Source: a virus (taxonomy: Duplodnaviria; Caudoviricetes). From it: a DNA stretch of 64,000 nucleotides. Both the position numbers and the translations under genes were made by a program. The stretch lies in the IMG/VR virus record IMGVR_UViG_3300046820_001270, positions 96,001 through 160,000 of that record; one strand, given 5' to 3'. Positions 19,260 through 29,729 of this stretch are shown here, piece after piece. Numbering within the stretch: position 1 is the first letter of the stretch; the number at the start of each line of letters is the position of its first letter. The notes beneath the pieces are model-generated. The model was given only the letters and a program-made list of their open reading frames with translations, made no database searches and was not told the origin of the DNA.

Positions 19260-20222
19260 ATGATGGAGGATTTAATACTTATAACCGCATATTGCGAAAC
19301 TGAAAAACAAGAAGAGGCATTAAATAGATGTATTGATTCGGTAAGTAAACTCGGATTTCACATTTTACTAATATCTCATTCACATATACCAACATACATA
19401 CAAAAAAAATGTAATTATTATTTTTACGATTATAATAATGACGTTAGTGAGGATCATAATTTATTAGGACATTTTACTTTTAACTTTGATAATAAAAAAA
19501 TAAATTCTAGATTCTTTATTAAAAAATTTTACGGGTTTGCAATATATAGAATGTTTTCAATTGCTAGTCAAATAGCCACAAATTTTGGATATGATAATCT
19601 ACATCATATTGAATATGATTGTGAATTGTTGGATGAAAATTTAATCTTTGAAAATAAAGAAAATCTTAAAAAGTATGATTCAGTAATTTGTACTGACACT
19701 GGCGATAAAAACGGGTGGTTATATGGTTCATTTAAGTCATTCAAAGTTAAATCATTACCAGATAAATTTAAAAATTACGACAGAGATTTTATTGAATCTG
19801 AAATGAAAAATTTAACTAAAACACATTTAGAATTTTTAACAAAAAAATTATTTATTGATGGAGGAAAAACTTTATTTAAAAATGAACCACCTAAGGATAA
19901 GTTTAAAAAGGGAAATATATCCGAACATAGGTATCTACATTTTACACTTTATTTTGACCCTGAAAATGGAACATTGAATATTTTTTATAATGCAATTAAC
20001 TTAAAAAAATCGGAAGAAATAACTGTAATTGTAAATAGAGAAAAGGTAATTAATTTAATAACAAAACCTGGATTTTGGACTACAAGAGAACTGGGTAATT
20101 TTAATCAAATAACACACGTCAGAGTGGATAATAATAAAAAAGTTATTTATGAAATTGCATTTGACGACGATTTTAGAGAAATATTCAAAATAAAATCATA
20201 TATTACCGATAATGATAAATAA
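19260..20222 (+). CDS. hypothetical protein, possibly glycosyltransferase-like
   Basis: LILITAY...ISHSHIP...HHIEYDC pattern; position in sugar cluster. Confidence 0.45.
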   Translation: MMEDLILITAYCETEKQEEALNRCIDSVSKLGFHILLISHSHIPTYIQKKCNYYFYDYNNDVSEDHNLLGHFTFNFDNKKINSRFFIKKFYGFAIYRMFSIASQIATNFGYDNLHHIEYDCELLDENLIFENKENLKKYDSVICTDTGDKNGWLYGSFKSFKVKSLPDKFKNYDRDFIESEMKNLTKTHLEFLTKKLFIDGGKTLFKNEPPKDKFKKGNISEHRYLHFTLYFDPENGTLNIFYNAINLKKSEEITVIVNREKVINLITKPGFWTTRELGNFNQITHVRVDNNKKVIYEIAFDDDFREIFKIKSYITDNDK

Positions 20223-20724
20223 ATTCAAATTTTTCAGAGGGTATATTGGAACGTTAGATATAATGGACGGACAAACATATGCAACAGCATCGTTATATTA
20301 CCCAAGATTAGATTCCAATAATGAAATGGAAAGATATTATGCTGAACATTTCCGAAGTCCTACTTATGGATCTCATATGGAAATGATTAGAGAAAATAGA
20401 CGTTTTGAACAAATGCGTAATCATGGAAGGATTTCACATGAACAATACATGAGAAATAGAGATATGTTGATTGAACAAGAAAGAATAAGAAGATTAGGAA
20501 TGATAAATCATTCAAGAGAAACCGATGAACGAATTAGATTGTTTCAAGCAACAACAACCATAACGGTGAATCCAACACTATGGACTAAAGTTAAAATATT
20601 CGGAACACGAGTTAAATTATTCTTCAAAGAATGTTTTAGACAAGAACCAATTGGTTTAATTTTTGTGACTTTATTGAGTTGTCTGATAACATTCGTCGGG
20701 ATTGCAAAATTATTTGGAGCATGA
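20212..20724 (+). CDS. FKFF-tag protein with C-terminal TM
   Basis: Starts MINKFKFFRG. Confidence 0.75.
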   Translation: MINKFKFFRGYIGTLDIMDGQTYATASLYYPRLDSNNEMERYYAEHFRSPTYGSHMEMIRENRRFEQMRNHGRISHEQYMRNRDMLIEQERIRRLGMINHSRETDERIRLFQATTTITVNPTLWTKVKIFGTRVKLFFKECFRQEPIGLIFVTLLSCLITFVGIAKLFGA

Positions 20725-20999
20725 TAGGAAAATTCAAATTTTTTAGTTCCAATGAAAAAATAACAATGAGATTTAGTCCTCATTGTTGTTATGACAATGC
20801 AAAATATATTCTTGAAAGTTTAATTAGTACTGATGAATGGGAAACAACAGTATTCCCAAAAGAATATCCACATGATCGAGGAACTTGGAGAATTCTTTAT
20901 ATTCAACAAAGAGAAAATAATTATCATTCTGTTGTTTGTTGGGTACCAAGAAATCCAGGATACATAACCGAAAGATTTTTAGTTAATATAGATTTATGA
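20721..20999 (+). CDS. FKFF-tag protein
   Basis: Start re-called at MIGKFKFFSS (ATGA overlap). Confidence 0.7.
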   Translation: MIGKFKFFSSNEKITMRFSPHCCYDNAKYILESLISTDEWETTVFPKEYPHDRGTWRILYIQQRENNYHSVVCWVPRNPGYITERFLVNIDL

Positions 21000-21331
21000 T
21001 TAGAAACTTTAAATTTTTAACGGATAATGATACCAATGAATTAGAATTCGGAGGATTTGTTCATGATCTTCATGACGGATTTGCAAGTTGGATGTGGACA
21101 GGAAGAGACTATTTAGATAGAGACCCAAATTGGGTGGAAGAAGTAATGACCACCACAAGTATTAGAACTTTTTTAATGAACTTTCCTGAACAAATGATAG
21201 TACCAATATTATCTATAACGGGAGATAATATAACGATGACAATAGATAATGACCACGATCCGTGGCCTTTTAATATATTAGGAGGAACACCACTTCGTAT
21301 AACCTTTTTAAGATGGATACCAGAAGTTTAA
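20996..21331 (+). CDS. FKFL-tag protein
   Basis: Starts MIRNFKFLTD. Confidence 0.75.
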   Translation: MIRNFKFLTDNDTNELEFGGFVHDLHDGFASWMWTGRDYLDRDPNWVEEVMTTTSIRTFLMNFPEQMIVPILSITGDNITMTIDNDHDPWPFNILGGTPLRITFLRWIPEV

Positions 21332-21343
21332 ATATTTATTAAT

Positions 21344-21466
21344 ATGAGTTCAAAATTTTTTACTAACCCACAACAATCTAAGATAGATAAAGGGGCAAAG
21401 AAACCAGCAACAACTAAACCAGTCAAAACCAATACCCAAATTAAGAAGACGGGAAGAGGTAAATAG
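21344..21466 (+). CDS. small basic peptide (40 aa)
   Basis: MSSKFFTNPQQSKIDKGAKKPATTKPVKTNTQIKKTGRGK; TATTTATT upstream. Confidence 0.5.
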   Translation: MSSKFFTNPQQSKIDKGAKKPATTKPVKTNTQIKKTGRGK

Positions 21467-21480
21467 GATATTTATATCTA

Positions 21481-22296
21481 ATGAGTGGATTAACAACAAT
21501 TAAATTAAGTAGTGAAGACCTTAAGAAAGAACAAGAACGCCAACGAAAAAGAGGTAGATTGATCTTTAATACCTTTAAAAAAGGTAAGGTTAAGGTTGTA
21601 ATTGGTCGATATGATGAAGACGGAACAGTTCCTGACATTATATTTCAATATCAAATACATGACGCACACTTTAGATCAATTGTAGATTACACTAACGGAG
21701 AAGTAATCTGTGTAATGGATTGTTATTATGATGATATAGATATTCTTAATGAAGACGGTAGTGAAATAACAGAAAAATTACCTCTTTGGTTAGTTTCGGA
21801 AATTGAGAACAAAATTGAAGATAAGTTTGGTGGTTTTAACATCGAACTCCGTTATATGCAACAATCAGACGGGAAAGGAAAGAAAAGTTTGGTTAATGAA
21901 GATGTAAGTGAACATCAGAAAATGATCAACAAGGTTAGGGTAATATATAAAGCACACAGAAACGGACATTATGATTTTAAGTACGGTCCTCAAAAAGACG
22001 AAATAAAACACGTAAGTTGGGTACTCCCACCTAAATTTAGTATTAAAATAAAAGAATATAGTCAAGAAGACAGTGAAAGATTTGGTTATGAAAATTACCC
22101 TATTTTGACGTTGAACACAGAAACTATTAATTTTATTACAGAAGACGGTAAACCTATTCAGAGTGGAGAGAAAATGGTCATTGGTTCAAAAATAACGAGT
22201 ATCTTTAAGAAACATAGAATAACCGTATATTGGACAGGAAATAAGAATACAACGGACGATTACACACAGATAGATATTACCCCAAAATCAAAATAA
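21481..22296 (+). CDS. tandem-module family protein (2 modules)
   Basis: KRGRLIFNTFKKG and LVNE...KVRVIYKAHRNG. Confidence 0.8.
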   Translation: MSGLTTIKLSSEDLKKEQERQRKRGRLIFNTFKKGKVKVVIGRYDEDGTVPDIIFQYQIHDAHFRSIVDYTNGEVICVMDCYYDDIDILNEDGSEITEKLPLWLVSEIENKIEDKFGGFNIELRYMQQSDGKGKKSLVNEDVSEHQKMINKVRVIYKAHRNGHYDFKYGPQKDEIKHVSWVLPPKFSIKIKEYSQEDSERFGYENYPILTLNTETINFITEDGKPIQSGEKMVIGSKITSIFKKHRITVYWTGNKNTTDDYTQIDITPKSK

Positions 22297-22333
22297 ATTT
22301 GGATATTCCAAATGGGGGTTGTATATTTGTTTC

Positions 22334-22510
22334 ATGAAAGTAAAAATAACAGTAAAATACCATATTGAAATTGGTAATGAAGTCATTGAGTGTGAATCAC
22401 TTGAACAGGCTGAACGTAAATTAAAACACATCTCAGAGGTTGAGAGATATCTTATCAAAACCGAATTAAAGGGAGATCAAATCGTTGCTCAGTATTTAAT
22501 AGGTCAATAA
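22334..22510 (+). CDS. hypothetical protein
   Basis: Start re-called after TATATTTG -7 box. Confidence 0.6.
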   Translation: MKVKITVKYHIEIGNEVIECESLEQAERKLKHISEVERYLIKTELKGDQIVAQYLIGQ

Positions 22511-22524
22511 GGTATTTATTATGA

Positions 22525-22848
22525 ATGAACAGAAAAGAGTATAGGAGACTATTACAGGACCCCAAATGGAAGATCAAGGCTTCCTTCATCAGGAAGAGAG
22601 ATAACCACTCCTGCGTCAGATGTGGGAAGAAATCACATAGATTACAGGTTCATCACACCAAATATGAAGATGGTTTAATGCCGTGGGAGTATGATAATGA
22701 TACGTTAGAGTCGTTATGTTCGGGTTGTCATAAGAAAGAACATAACATTAAACCTAAAAGGAGATTTACCCCGAGAAAGAAGAAAGAACCCAAATTACAA
22801 ACAAGGGTGATTAAGATTAAACCAATTGACGATAACTCTTGGAGTTAG
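22525..22848 (+). CDS. HNH endonuclease
   Basis: RDNHSCVRCG...LQVHH...LESLCSGCHKKEH. Confidence 0.88.
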   Translation: MNRKEYRRLLQDPKWKIKASFIRKRDNHSCVRCGKKSHRLQVHHTKYEDGLMPWEYDNDTLESLCSGCHKKEHNIKPKRRFTPRKKKEPKLQTRVIKIKPIDDNSWS

Positions 22849-22861
22849 ATATTTATATACA

Positions 22862-23587
22862 ATGAAGTTCATAGATTTAATAAAAGAAGACGAATATACA
22901 AGACAATACAAGAAAGCTCATACTATCTATAAAGCACTTAGAAAGGGTAAAGCAACTGTTTCGGTAAATGTAGCTTATACCGAAAGAAATGGAATTGAAT
23001 TACACACATTTGAATACATGTTACCAAAAGAGAATTATATAATAAATGTTACTAATTTGTATGGAAGTACCACGACACATATTCGTTGTGAAAAAATGGT
23101 AATAATCGGTAAAAAAATACCAATTATGGACACATTGATTATTGGTGCGGTTAGTAAAAGATTTTCAAAGGATTTTGGAATTGATTTAATTATTAATGAT
23201 GTTGAATATACTGAGGAAGGTGTTAGAAATGATGGTTTATTAAAAGAAGAACCAAACGAACGTGAATTGGAAATAGAAAAAGTTAAAACCAAAACAAAGA
23301 CTGTTTATAAGGCACTTAAAAAAGGAACTTTAAATGTTCGTTATGCACATGGACAACCGGATGTGAAATTTAAATATGAATTACCTGACGAATATAGAAT
23401 AAAAGTATTAGGGAGTACGACAGAAGGATTTAAATCATACATCAAATTAACATGTAATCATGTTAAAATTGAAACATTAGATGGTATTGAACGTGACGAC
23501 AACCAAAAATTTGGGATAGGTTTTCCGGCAATTAAACACAAATTCGGTTCTTTTGATATTGAAATGGATTGTCTTTTTGGTAGTTAA
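22862..23587 (+). CDS. tandem-module family protein (2 modules), class-B leader
   Basis: MKFIDLIKE; KAHTIYKALRKG; LLKE...KTKTVYKALKKG. Confidence 0.8.
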   Translation: MKFIDLIKEDEYTRQYKKAHTIYKALRKGKATVSVNVAYTERNGIELHTFEYMLPKENYIINVTNLYGSTTTHIRCEKMVIIGKKIPIMDTLIIGAVSKRFSKDFGIDLIINDVEYTEEGVRNDGLLKEEPNERELEIEKVKTKTKTVYKALKKGTLNVRYAHGQPDVKFKYELPDEYRIKVLGSTTEGFKSYIKLTCNHVKIETLDGIERDDNQKFGIGFPAIKHKFGSFDIEMDCLFGS

Positions 23588-23687
23588 CAATTCTTGTTTG
23601 GTTTTACCCAAATAAACTTTATGATGTCCAAAAAATTATTTAAATTAATAGTACTTATTTAAGATTAGACAAATACAATTATACATT

Positions 23688-23924
23688 ATGGATATTAATG
23701 AATTATATGAAAGATATATGACGGCGTATAAAATAGAAATCAGGGAATGTGAAACACCATATAGTGTTGATCTATTAAGAGATATAGATATGTTAGAAAA
23801 TTTAACTATCGATGAGTTTAAAGACAAATTAAAAAACCCAACGTTTAATAATAAATGGGGTGATGAGCCAAACAATTCAAGTAACTTTATGTACAACTGG
23901 ATTAGGGATAAGAGCGGTAAATAG
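23688..23924 (+). CDS. hypothetical protein
   Basis: ORF convergent with next gene. Confidence 0.6.
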   Translation: MDINELYERYMTAYKIEIRECETPYSVDLLRDIDMLENLTIDEFKDKLKNPTFNNKWGDEPNNSSNFMYNWIRDKSGK

Positions 23925-23927
23925 TTT

Positions 23928-25160
23928 TTATAATTTAACCCAAGTTCCGTTATGTTTTAAACGAAATTTTGTTGCTCTAAGAATAATGTTCAACCCAAAG
24001 TTGTTAAATTTTTTCTTAACAATATTAAGAATGTCCATTTTAATTGTTTGAATATTATTTAAATTTGGGTTTTCGTCACAGTTAATTTTAATTGATGGTA
24101 TTAAAACTTTGACATTGTAATTATTTTCAAATGGATCTGTCTCAACAATATATACATCACCTAAATCATAATCAAATGTGTATTTTTGTGGGTCAGTTGC
24201 ACCTCGATAAAATAATCTTATTGCATCAACCTCCATTGTTACCTTACCTTTCTTTAAAGCTTTAAAAACAGTTGGTGCTTTTTTAACAAGTGTTTCATGT
24301 TCGTTCTCATTCTCTTCTTTTACAATATGAGTTTCAGTATTTTTAAATGCATCTTTGTATTTGGTGAATATCATATCACAATTAGAATCAAAATTAATAA
24401 ATCTCATTTTAATTTTATGGCGAAACGATTCTAACAATTCAATTTGAACTGCACCATTTTTTGCTTTGAAATCGTATTCAATCTTTACATCTTCAATCGG
24501 AATAAAAAATGATACGGGTCGATTAAAAATGTTATTAAAATCTAATCTTATTCTAAATTTTTTTGGTAATTCGTAATCAGCAACAACCACAACCTGTTCT
24601 CCGTTATTAAATATTGGAGGTACTTTAACTTTAACTTTTCCTTTTCTAAAACTTTTGTAAACTAATTTGGACTTATTAATTATTCTTTGTTTTTCTTGTT
24701 CATCATCAACACTTTCATCAATCATATTTTCATATGCACTTGGAACGTTATGTTTTTTTCTAATACTAAATCTAATTTGTTCACCTTCGTCGAATGTACC
24801 CTTTAATGAATTATTAAATTTACGAGCAAGTTTTCTTAATATATCTTCTCTAATATCAATATCATCAGCAAGAGAAGGATATCTTTCACAGTTTATAGTT
24901 ATACCTGTTATTATCACTTCATAAGCTAACATTTGATTTCCTGACGTTAGATGATATGTGGTAGGTAGTTCATATGTGATAACAACATCTTTATCATCAA
25001 TTATTTCAAATCCAGTCCAAAATGGAACCATATCGGGGAGTAGATTACCAATCTTAAAACCACCTGTTCTTAGTGTCTTATACATAAGTTTAACCTTACG
25101 AGACACCTTACGGTAATCGTCACTTAACTCAGCTTCCCCCAAAATATCCACAAATTTCAT
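23928..25160 (-). CDS. tandem-module family protein (3 modules), class-B leader
   Basis: MKFVDILGE; KVKLMYKTLRTG; IDE...KSKLVYKSFRKG; VKE...KAPTVFKALKKG. Confidence 0.85.
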   Translation of the reverse strand: MKFVDILGEAELSDDYRKVSRKVKLMYKTLRTGGFKIGNLLPDMVPFWTGFEIIDDKDVVITYELPTTYHLTSGNQMLAYEVIITGITINCERYPSLADDIDIREDILRKLARKFNNSLKGTFDEGEQIRFSIRKKHNVPSAYENMIDESVDDEQEKQRIINKSKLVYKSFRKGKVKVKVPPIFNNGEQVVVVADYELPKKFRIRLDFNNIFNRPVSFFIPIEDVKIEYDFKAKNGAVQIELLESFRHKIKMRFINFDSNCDMIFTKYKDAFKNTETHIVKEENENEHETLVKKAPTVFKALKKGKVTMEVDAIRLFYRGATDPQKYTFDYDLGDVYIVETDPFENNYNVKVLIPSIKINCDENPNLNNIQTIKMDILNIVKKKFNNFGLNIILRATKFRLKHNGTWVKL

Positions 25161-25235
25161 ATCTTTATAAATATACCTGAAATTGTTTGGATATTATACT
25201 AAAAACTCTTATATTTGGGTATAAAACTATATATT

Positions 25236-25544
25236 ATGGCAATTGCAAAGAAAGCGGCTAAGAAAGCTGTACCAAAAGTGGTGGAACAACCAAAACAAAT
25301 CGTTTTAACCCAAGATCAGTATGATCAATTGGTTGGTTTTAAATGGGAGGTTAATTCAATTTCACATGAAATTAAAAGTGTTGTGGTTGATGATGATAAG
25401 AATGTTAGAGAGATTTCTTTTGATCTTGGAACTTTACAAGTTAGACTTAATAAACTATATGATGATCTAACTAAAATATCTGATGATGTTGATCCAGACC
25501 CATACGTTTGGGAAGATGATGACAACGATGATGATAACAATTAA
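25236..25544 (+). CDS. hypothetical protein, acidic C-terminus
   Basis: Start re-called at MAIAKKAAKK. Confidence 0.7.
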   Translation: MAIAKKAAKKAVPKVVEQPKQIVLTQDQYDQLVGFKWEVNSISHEIKSVVVDDDKNVREISFDLGTLQVRLNKLYDDLTKISDDVDPDPYVWEDDDNDDDNN

Positions 25545-25547
25545 GTT

Positions 25548-25874
25548 ATGCGTGATTTCAAATTTCTTGCCAAAAACGATATATCAAGTTATAACGGACA
25601 AATGTCTCGTGAGGCTATTGACTATCTATATGATTATAACAATCGTGTAAGGAGTCATGAGAGGACCACAACGATTGCGACATATAAAATGGTGGATTAT
25701 ACCTATGGTGATGGTGATATTGTTGCAGGAACCGTCAATGCATATCCATTAAATGCTTCGAATATAAGAATCACTTTTAGAATAAGAAACGGAGAGATTA
25801 CATCACACACCATAGATATTGACTATTGGAATACGATGGGACAATTAGTAAATGCATTAAGGAGGGAAGATTAG
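25548..25874 (+). CDS. FKFL-tag protein
   Basis: Starts MRDFKFLAK. Confidence 0.75.
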   Translation: MRDFKFLAKNDISSYNGQMSREAIDYLYDYNNRVRSHERTTTIATYKMVDYTYGDGDIVAGTVNAYPLNASNIRITFRIRNGEITSHTIDIDYWNTMGQLVNALRRED

Positions 25875-26347
25875 AGATTAGTTGGTCTTCCCGCACCTCT
25901 ATATGCCGAAATATACTTTGGTTCATTTAAACTACTAACCTTTACACCTTCGTATCTATTTGATGCGTGAACAAATAAAGACTCACCAATATAAGTTCCA
26001 CAGTGCCATCTACTTGGTGATTGTCTACTCCTAAAAAATAATAGATCACCAACCTGTAAACTATCCTTCTTAATTCGCGGAGTTGTTTCCCACTGCAACG
26101 AACAAGTATTCTCAATATTAATTTTAAAAACATCCTGAGCCAATCTTTTATTGAACTGAGAACAATCAATACCTTTCTCCGTTGATCCCCCTAACCTATA
26201 TGGTTTACGTAACCAATTGATTACAAATGTATTGAGAGTACTATCAACGGCAAAACGAGGGATTGAATCTAAATAAACCTTTTTAGTTTGTGATGTTCCT
26301 AATATTGAGATGAACATCAATAATGTAATAATTAAAAATTTCTTCAT
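25871..26347 (-). CDS. NlpC/P60 cell-wall peptidase with signal peptide
   Basis: WLRKPYRLGG...GIDCS; GDLLFF; WHCGTYIG...FVHAS; hydrophobic N-terminus. Confidence 0.92.
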   Translation of the reverse strand: MKKFLIITLLMFISILGTSQTKKVYLDSIPRFAVDSTLNTFVINWLRKPYRLGGSTEKGIDCSQFNKRLAQDVFKINIENTCSLQWETTPRIKKDSLQVGDLLFFRSRQSPSRWHCGTYIGESLFVHASNRYEGVKVSSLNEPKYISAYRGAGRPTNL

Positions 26348-26452
26348 AACTTATATTATACATAAAATATTTGAGAATAGAAAGGTAGGGGTATTTAATA
26401 TATTCACAAAAATATTGTATATTTGTTGTTGGGAATATTAAAAAATTATAAT

Positions 26453-27214
26453 ATGATGTATTTTAAAAAAATTGAAATAAATAATTTAAAAATTGTAGCA
26501 CCATTAAAATGTGGAACAAGATGGTTACATGAAAAATCGGAAAAATCATCATACATAAACATTGAAGATTTAAAGGAGGAAACGGATAGTGAAACTATAT
26601 TTTTATATAGAGAACCTAAAGATCATTTAATATCGGCATTACAAACAGATTATATATTAAATGAATGTGATTTAAATAAAACTTTAAATGATTTATTAAA
26701 TAATAGATCGACACATTGGCGTGGAGATATGTACGAATATACTCACATGGATTGGTGTTATAATAAGTTTAAAATGGTTAACTATTTGAATATTTGCGAT
26801 TTAATAGGTGATTACGATTTTGATAAAAAAAAATATGATTTCTCTAAAGAACCATATCTTTTTACGAAAGAAATGGTGTTAGATTTGGTACCGATTGACG
26901 TTAAAGAAGAATTATTTAAAATGGCGGACAATAATGAATATTGGTTAAAACAAATTCAAGAAAAAAATGATAAAATTGCCTCAAAAATTGTATTGGATAA
27001 ACTAAACGATACTATATTGGAAAATCAAAAAATAGATAAACTAAATCATATTATGTTGGAGTATCAAAAAGTAGATAAAAAAAATATATTTGATCTTGAA
27101 TCCGTAGTTTTAAATAAAGAATCAATAATTTTAAATTACGAATCGGTAATAAAAAAAAATTACATAATCATGGAAGATTATCGTAAAAATTATGTAAAAA
27201 AATCTTTATTATAG
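26453..27214 (+). CDS. hypothetical protein, weak sulfotransferase-like motif
   Basis: APLKCGTRW and FLYREPKDHLISAL resemble PAPS-binding motifs. Confidence 0.4.
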   Translation: MMYFKKIEINNLKIVAPLKCGTRWLHEKSEKSSYINIEDLKEETDSETIFLYREPKDHLISALQTDYILNECDLNKTLNDLLNNRSTHWRGDMYEYTHMDWCYNKFKMVNYLNICDLIGDYDFDKKKYDFSKEPYLFTKEMVLDLVPIDVKEELFKMADNNEYWLKQIQEKNDKIASKIVLDKLNDTILENQKIDKLNHIMLEYQKVDKKNIFDLESVVLNKESIILNYESVIKKNYIIMEDYRKNYVKKSLL

Positions 27215-27268
27215 ATTATTAAAAAATAGAGATATTTTGTATATTCACAAAGATATTGTATATTTGTT

Positions 27269-27817
27269 ATGATGAATCAATTATTCACTTTTTTCCACGG
27301 GATAACTAAGAAAAGTAGGGTTAATACTATTATCACTAATAATAGATTAAGAAGATTACCCAATAGTCAAGTGCCGACTTGTGAAGGATATGATACACCA
27401 GAACTTCGTAGTATATTCTTACAGGGGTGGAGAGCATGTGAAAGAGGTGAGGAAATATATAATAATCCATACGGTCATTTAGAAAATCTACTATATTCAC
27501 TACATAATGCGTGGGAAAGAGGTTATTTTGAATGTTATAACACAAGAAGAACTAATCCATATGTGGCACAAACGAGAGAATTTATTACTGATATGTTTCG
27601 TGATGCACAAACACACGGATTTTGTGCAGGAGTACAAAACACCCGATTAGAATTACATTATGAAGGGGACATGGATGAATTATCCGTTAGGTCGATGTTG
27701 GATGAGTTAATATATAGATATAGAACTTGTGTTTCATTTAGCGATTTTACATTAAATAATATGGAAGATTATTTAAATGAACATTTAAGTGGAACATCAA
27801 CAATAAGATTAGCATGA
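27269..27817 (+). CDS. RMF-like domain plus C-terminal domain shared with 29713..30054
   Basis: FLQGWRACERG...NNPY...AWERGY; GVQNT.LEL.Y.GDMDELSV. Confidence 0.7.
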   Translation: MMNQLFTFFHGITKKSRVNTIITNNRLRRLPNSQVPTCEGYDTPELRSIFLQGWRACERGEEIYNNPYGHLENLLYSLHNAWERGYFECYNTRRTNPYVAQTREFITDMFRDAQTHGFCAGVQNTRLELHYEGDMDELSVRSMLDELIYRYRTCVSFSDFTLNNMEDYLNEHLSGTSTIRLA

Positions 27818-28275
27818 CCGATGCTCAAATAGTAATATCAGTAATTTTTGCTGTGATATTTTTCGTAATTCTTATCTTTAATGTGGTTTCATACCCAAAC
27901 GTGAAATTATATAAAAAGAAATATAATGAGTTGGAACGCGGTGTGTATAAATATGAACCAGCAGAACATAGCGAATCAAATTATTTTTATCTATACAGTT
28001 ATGATATTACTACCTTAACATTTACTCGCACCGATGTTAACATCATATTCTTTCTTGATGGTGATATAAAACTAACAGATAATTTATACATACACAAAAG
28101 TCATTTGTTTATGTCGTTTGTTAAATGGTATTATTGGAGAAAGTTTCAAAAGTTAAAAGATGAGTTGGTTGAGACATATAATATTAGAAATCAAAGAGGT
28201 CGTTATGAACAATCCCATCAGGAACGATATATGAAACAACAGAACAAATTAGATTTTAAATTTTTTAGAGGATGA
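27814..28275 (+). CDS. membrane-anchored protein with C-terminal DFKFFRG
   Basis: N-terminal TM; ends NKLDFKFFRG. Confidence 0.75.
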   Translation: MTDAQIVISVIFAVIFFVILIFNVVSYPNVKLYKKKYNELERGVYKYEPAEHSESNYFYLYSYDITTLTFTRTDVNIIFFLDGDIKLTDNLYIHKSHLFMSFVKWYYWRKFQKLKDELVETYNIRNQRGRYEQSHQERYMKQQNKLDFKFFRG

Positions 28276-28715
28276 TAAAACATTTCAAATTTTTTGAGGG
28301 TCCCGCAAAAAAACAAAGAGTGTTCACAGACTTCATGGATGCGTTGGATGACTATTTTCTCGGTGATATTCCATTAGCTACACACGTGCAAAGAGGACAA
28401 CGAAGAGAAGTACCAGGCCCACGACTTAAACCATTTACATTAAATTTGTTTGCGGAAGTGTTAGGTAGAATACCAACATTTTCAATGGCATTTGAATCAT
28501 CTGATCTTAATACTTATGAAACACTTCGTGGAACAACAATAGGACAATTAACAAGTGGTGAATTAGGTATTCCTTGGTGTTTCACGGAATTACATATAAC
28601 AAGAATATCCGATAATTCACACGTATCAATACATTATGATAATGTAGATGAGATGGATAGAAGAGGATTAATATTTGACCCACAAGATGCAGTAACAATC
28701 TGTTATAAACCGTAA
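28272..28715 (+). CDS. FKFF-tag protein
   Basis: Starts MIKHFKFFEG. Confidence 0.75.
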   Translation: MIKHFKFFEGPAKKQRVFTDFMDALDDYFLGDIPLATHVQRGQRREVPGPRLKPFTLNLFAEVLGRIPTFSMAFESSDLNTYETLRGTTIGQLTSGELGIPWCFTELHITRISDNSHVSIHYDNVDEMDRRGLIFDPQDAVTICYKP

Positions 28716-28719
28716 TGAT

Positions 28720-29010
28720 ATGGCAAAAGAATTAAAAGTTCCTGGTGAATATCAAAGTAGAACACCAAGAAGTAAACAAAACATATTCCCAAAACAAAAA
28801 CAAACTATGAATAGAGAATACACCGAACAGGATTACAAAAACTATATGAAAGTAGTTGAACACGTTATTTGGGAAACCGAAGAAAAATTAAAGTCATATG
28901 AAAAAAATAAAAAAATATTCAGTTTAACATTTGAGCAGTGGGTTCAATGGCAAAACAATGTAATAAGTTTAGATGACATTAAAATAGATAGTGATGATAA
29001 AACCATTTAA
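28720..29010 (+). CDS. hypothetical protein
   Basis: Operon-like spacing. Confidence 0.65.
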   Translation: MAKELKVPGEYQSRTPRSKQNIFPKQKQTMNREYTEQDYKNYMKVVEHVIWETEEKLKSYEKNKKIFSLTFEQWVQWQNNVISLDDIKIDSDDKTI

Positions 29011-29464
29011 ATTTTTTGAAGGTAGAATAAAAAGGTTGTATCATTATAACACTCCGTACATACCACTGCTACGAACTCCGCCAGGTAGTTATTACGATAG
29101 AACAATTAATCCAGATTTGTATGGTGGAGTAAGATTGAGTGAGTTATCAGATAGAGTTCAACAAATAGTGAGAAGTCCAGAATATATACCAGCAGGTTAT
29201 GTTCAAGTGCCAATAACAGAACAACAAAGATATAATAATATGGTTATTCGTTATGTCAGAAGTTTTATGAGAGGAAATACAAATTGGAGAGGATATGAAG
29301 AAGCTTGGATAGATGAAAGAAATGAATATGTAAGATTAAAGATATTGGGTGGTATTAATATCGGTGGGATGATGCATATTACTTATGAAATAACAACACA
29401 CCACACAACGTCACAAAGATATCGTGTAAGTGTCCCATTAGTTAATTTACAAAGAAGAGGATAA
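28991..29464 (+). CDS. FKFF-tag protein
   Basis: Starts MMIKPFKFFEGR. Confidence 0.75.
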   Translation: MMIKPFKFFEGRIKRLYHYNTPYIPLLRTPPGSYYDRTINPDLYGGVRLSELSDRVQQIVRSPEYIPAGYVQVPITEQQRYNNMVIRYVRSFMRGNTNWRGYEEAWIDERNEYVRLKILGGINIGGMMHITYEITTHHTTSQRYRVSVPLVNLQRRG

Positions 29465-29465
29465 T

Positions 29466-29729
29466 ATGGCAAAAGCAAGAAAGATTTTATCAAACACAAT
29501 AAGTGAATTGTTAAAAGAAACATCGTTGGAAACAAGAATTAAAATGTCGTGTTGGTTTATAATTAACAATCTTATTCATGAATCAGGCGCAAGAGAAGAA
29601 GCTGCGTGGGATGAAACAAATCCAAAAGACATTGAGATGATGAAACTATTGGATGATAAAACAAAAGAACTAACGGAAACAATATTAAGAAACATTAAAG
29701 AGTGGGAAGAAGATGGTAAACCAATTTAA
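29466..29729 (+). CDS. hypothetical protein
   Basis: Operon-like spacing. Confidence 0.7.
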   Translation: MAKARKILSNTISELLKETSLETRIKMSCWFIINNLIHESGAREEAAWDETNPKDIEMMKLLDDKTKELTETILRNIKEWEEDGKPI

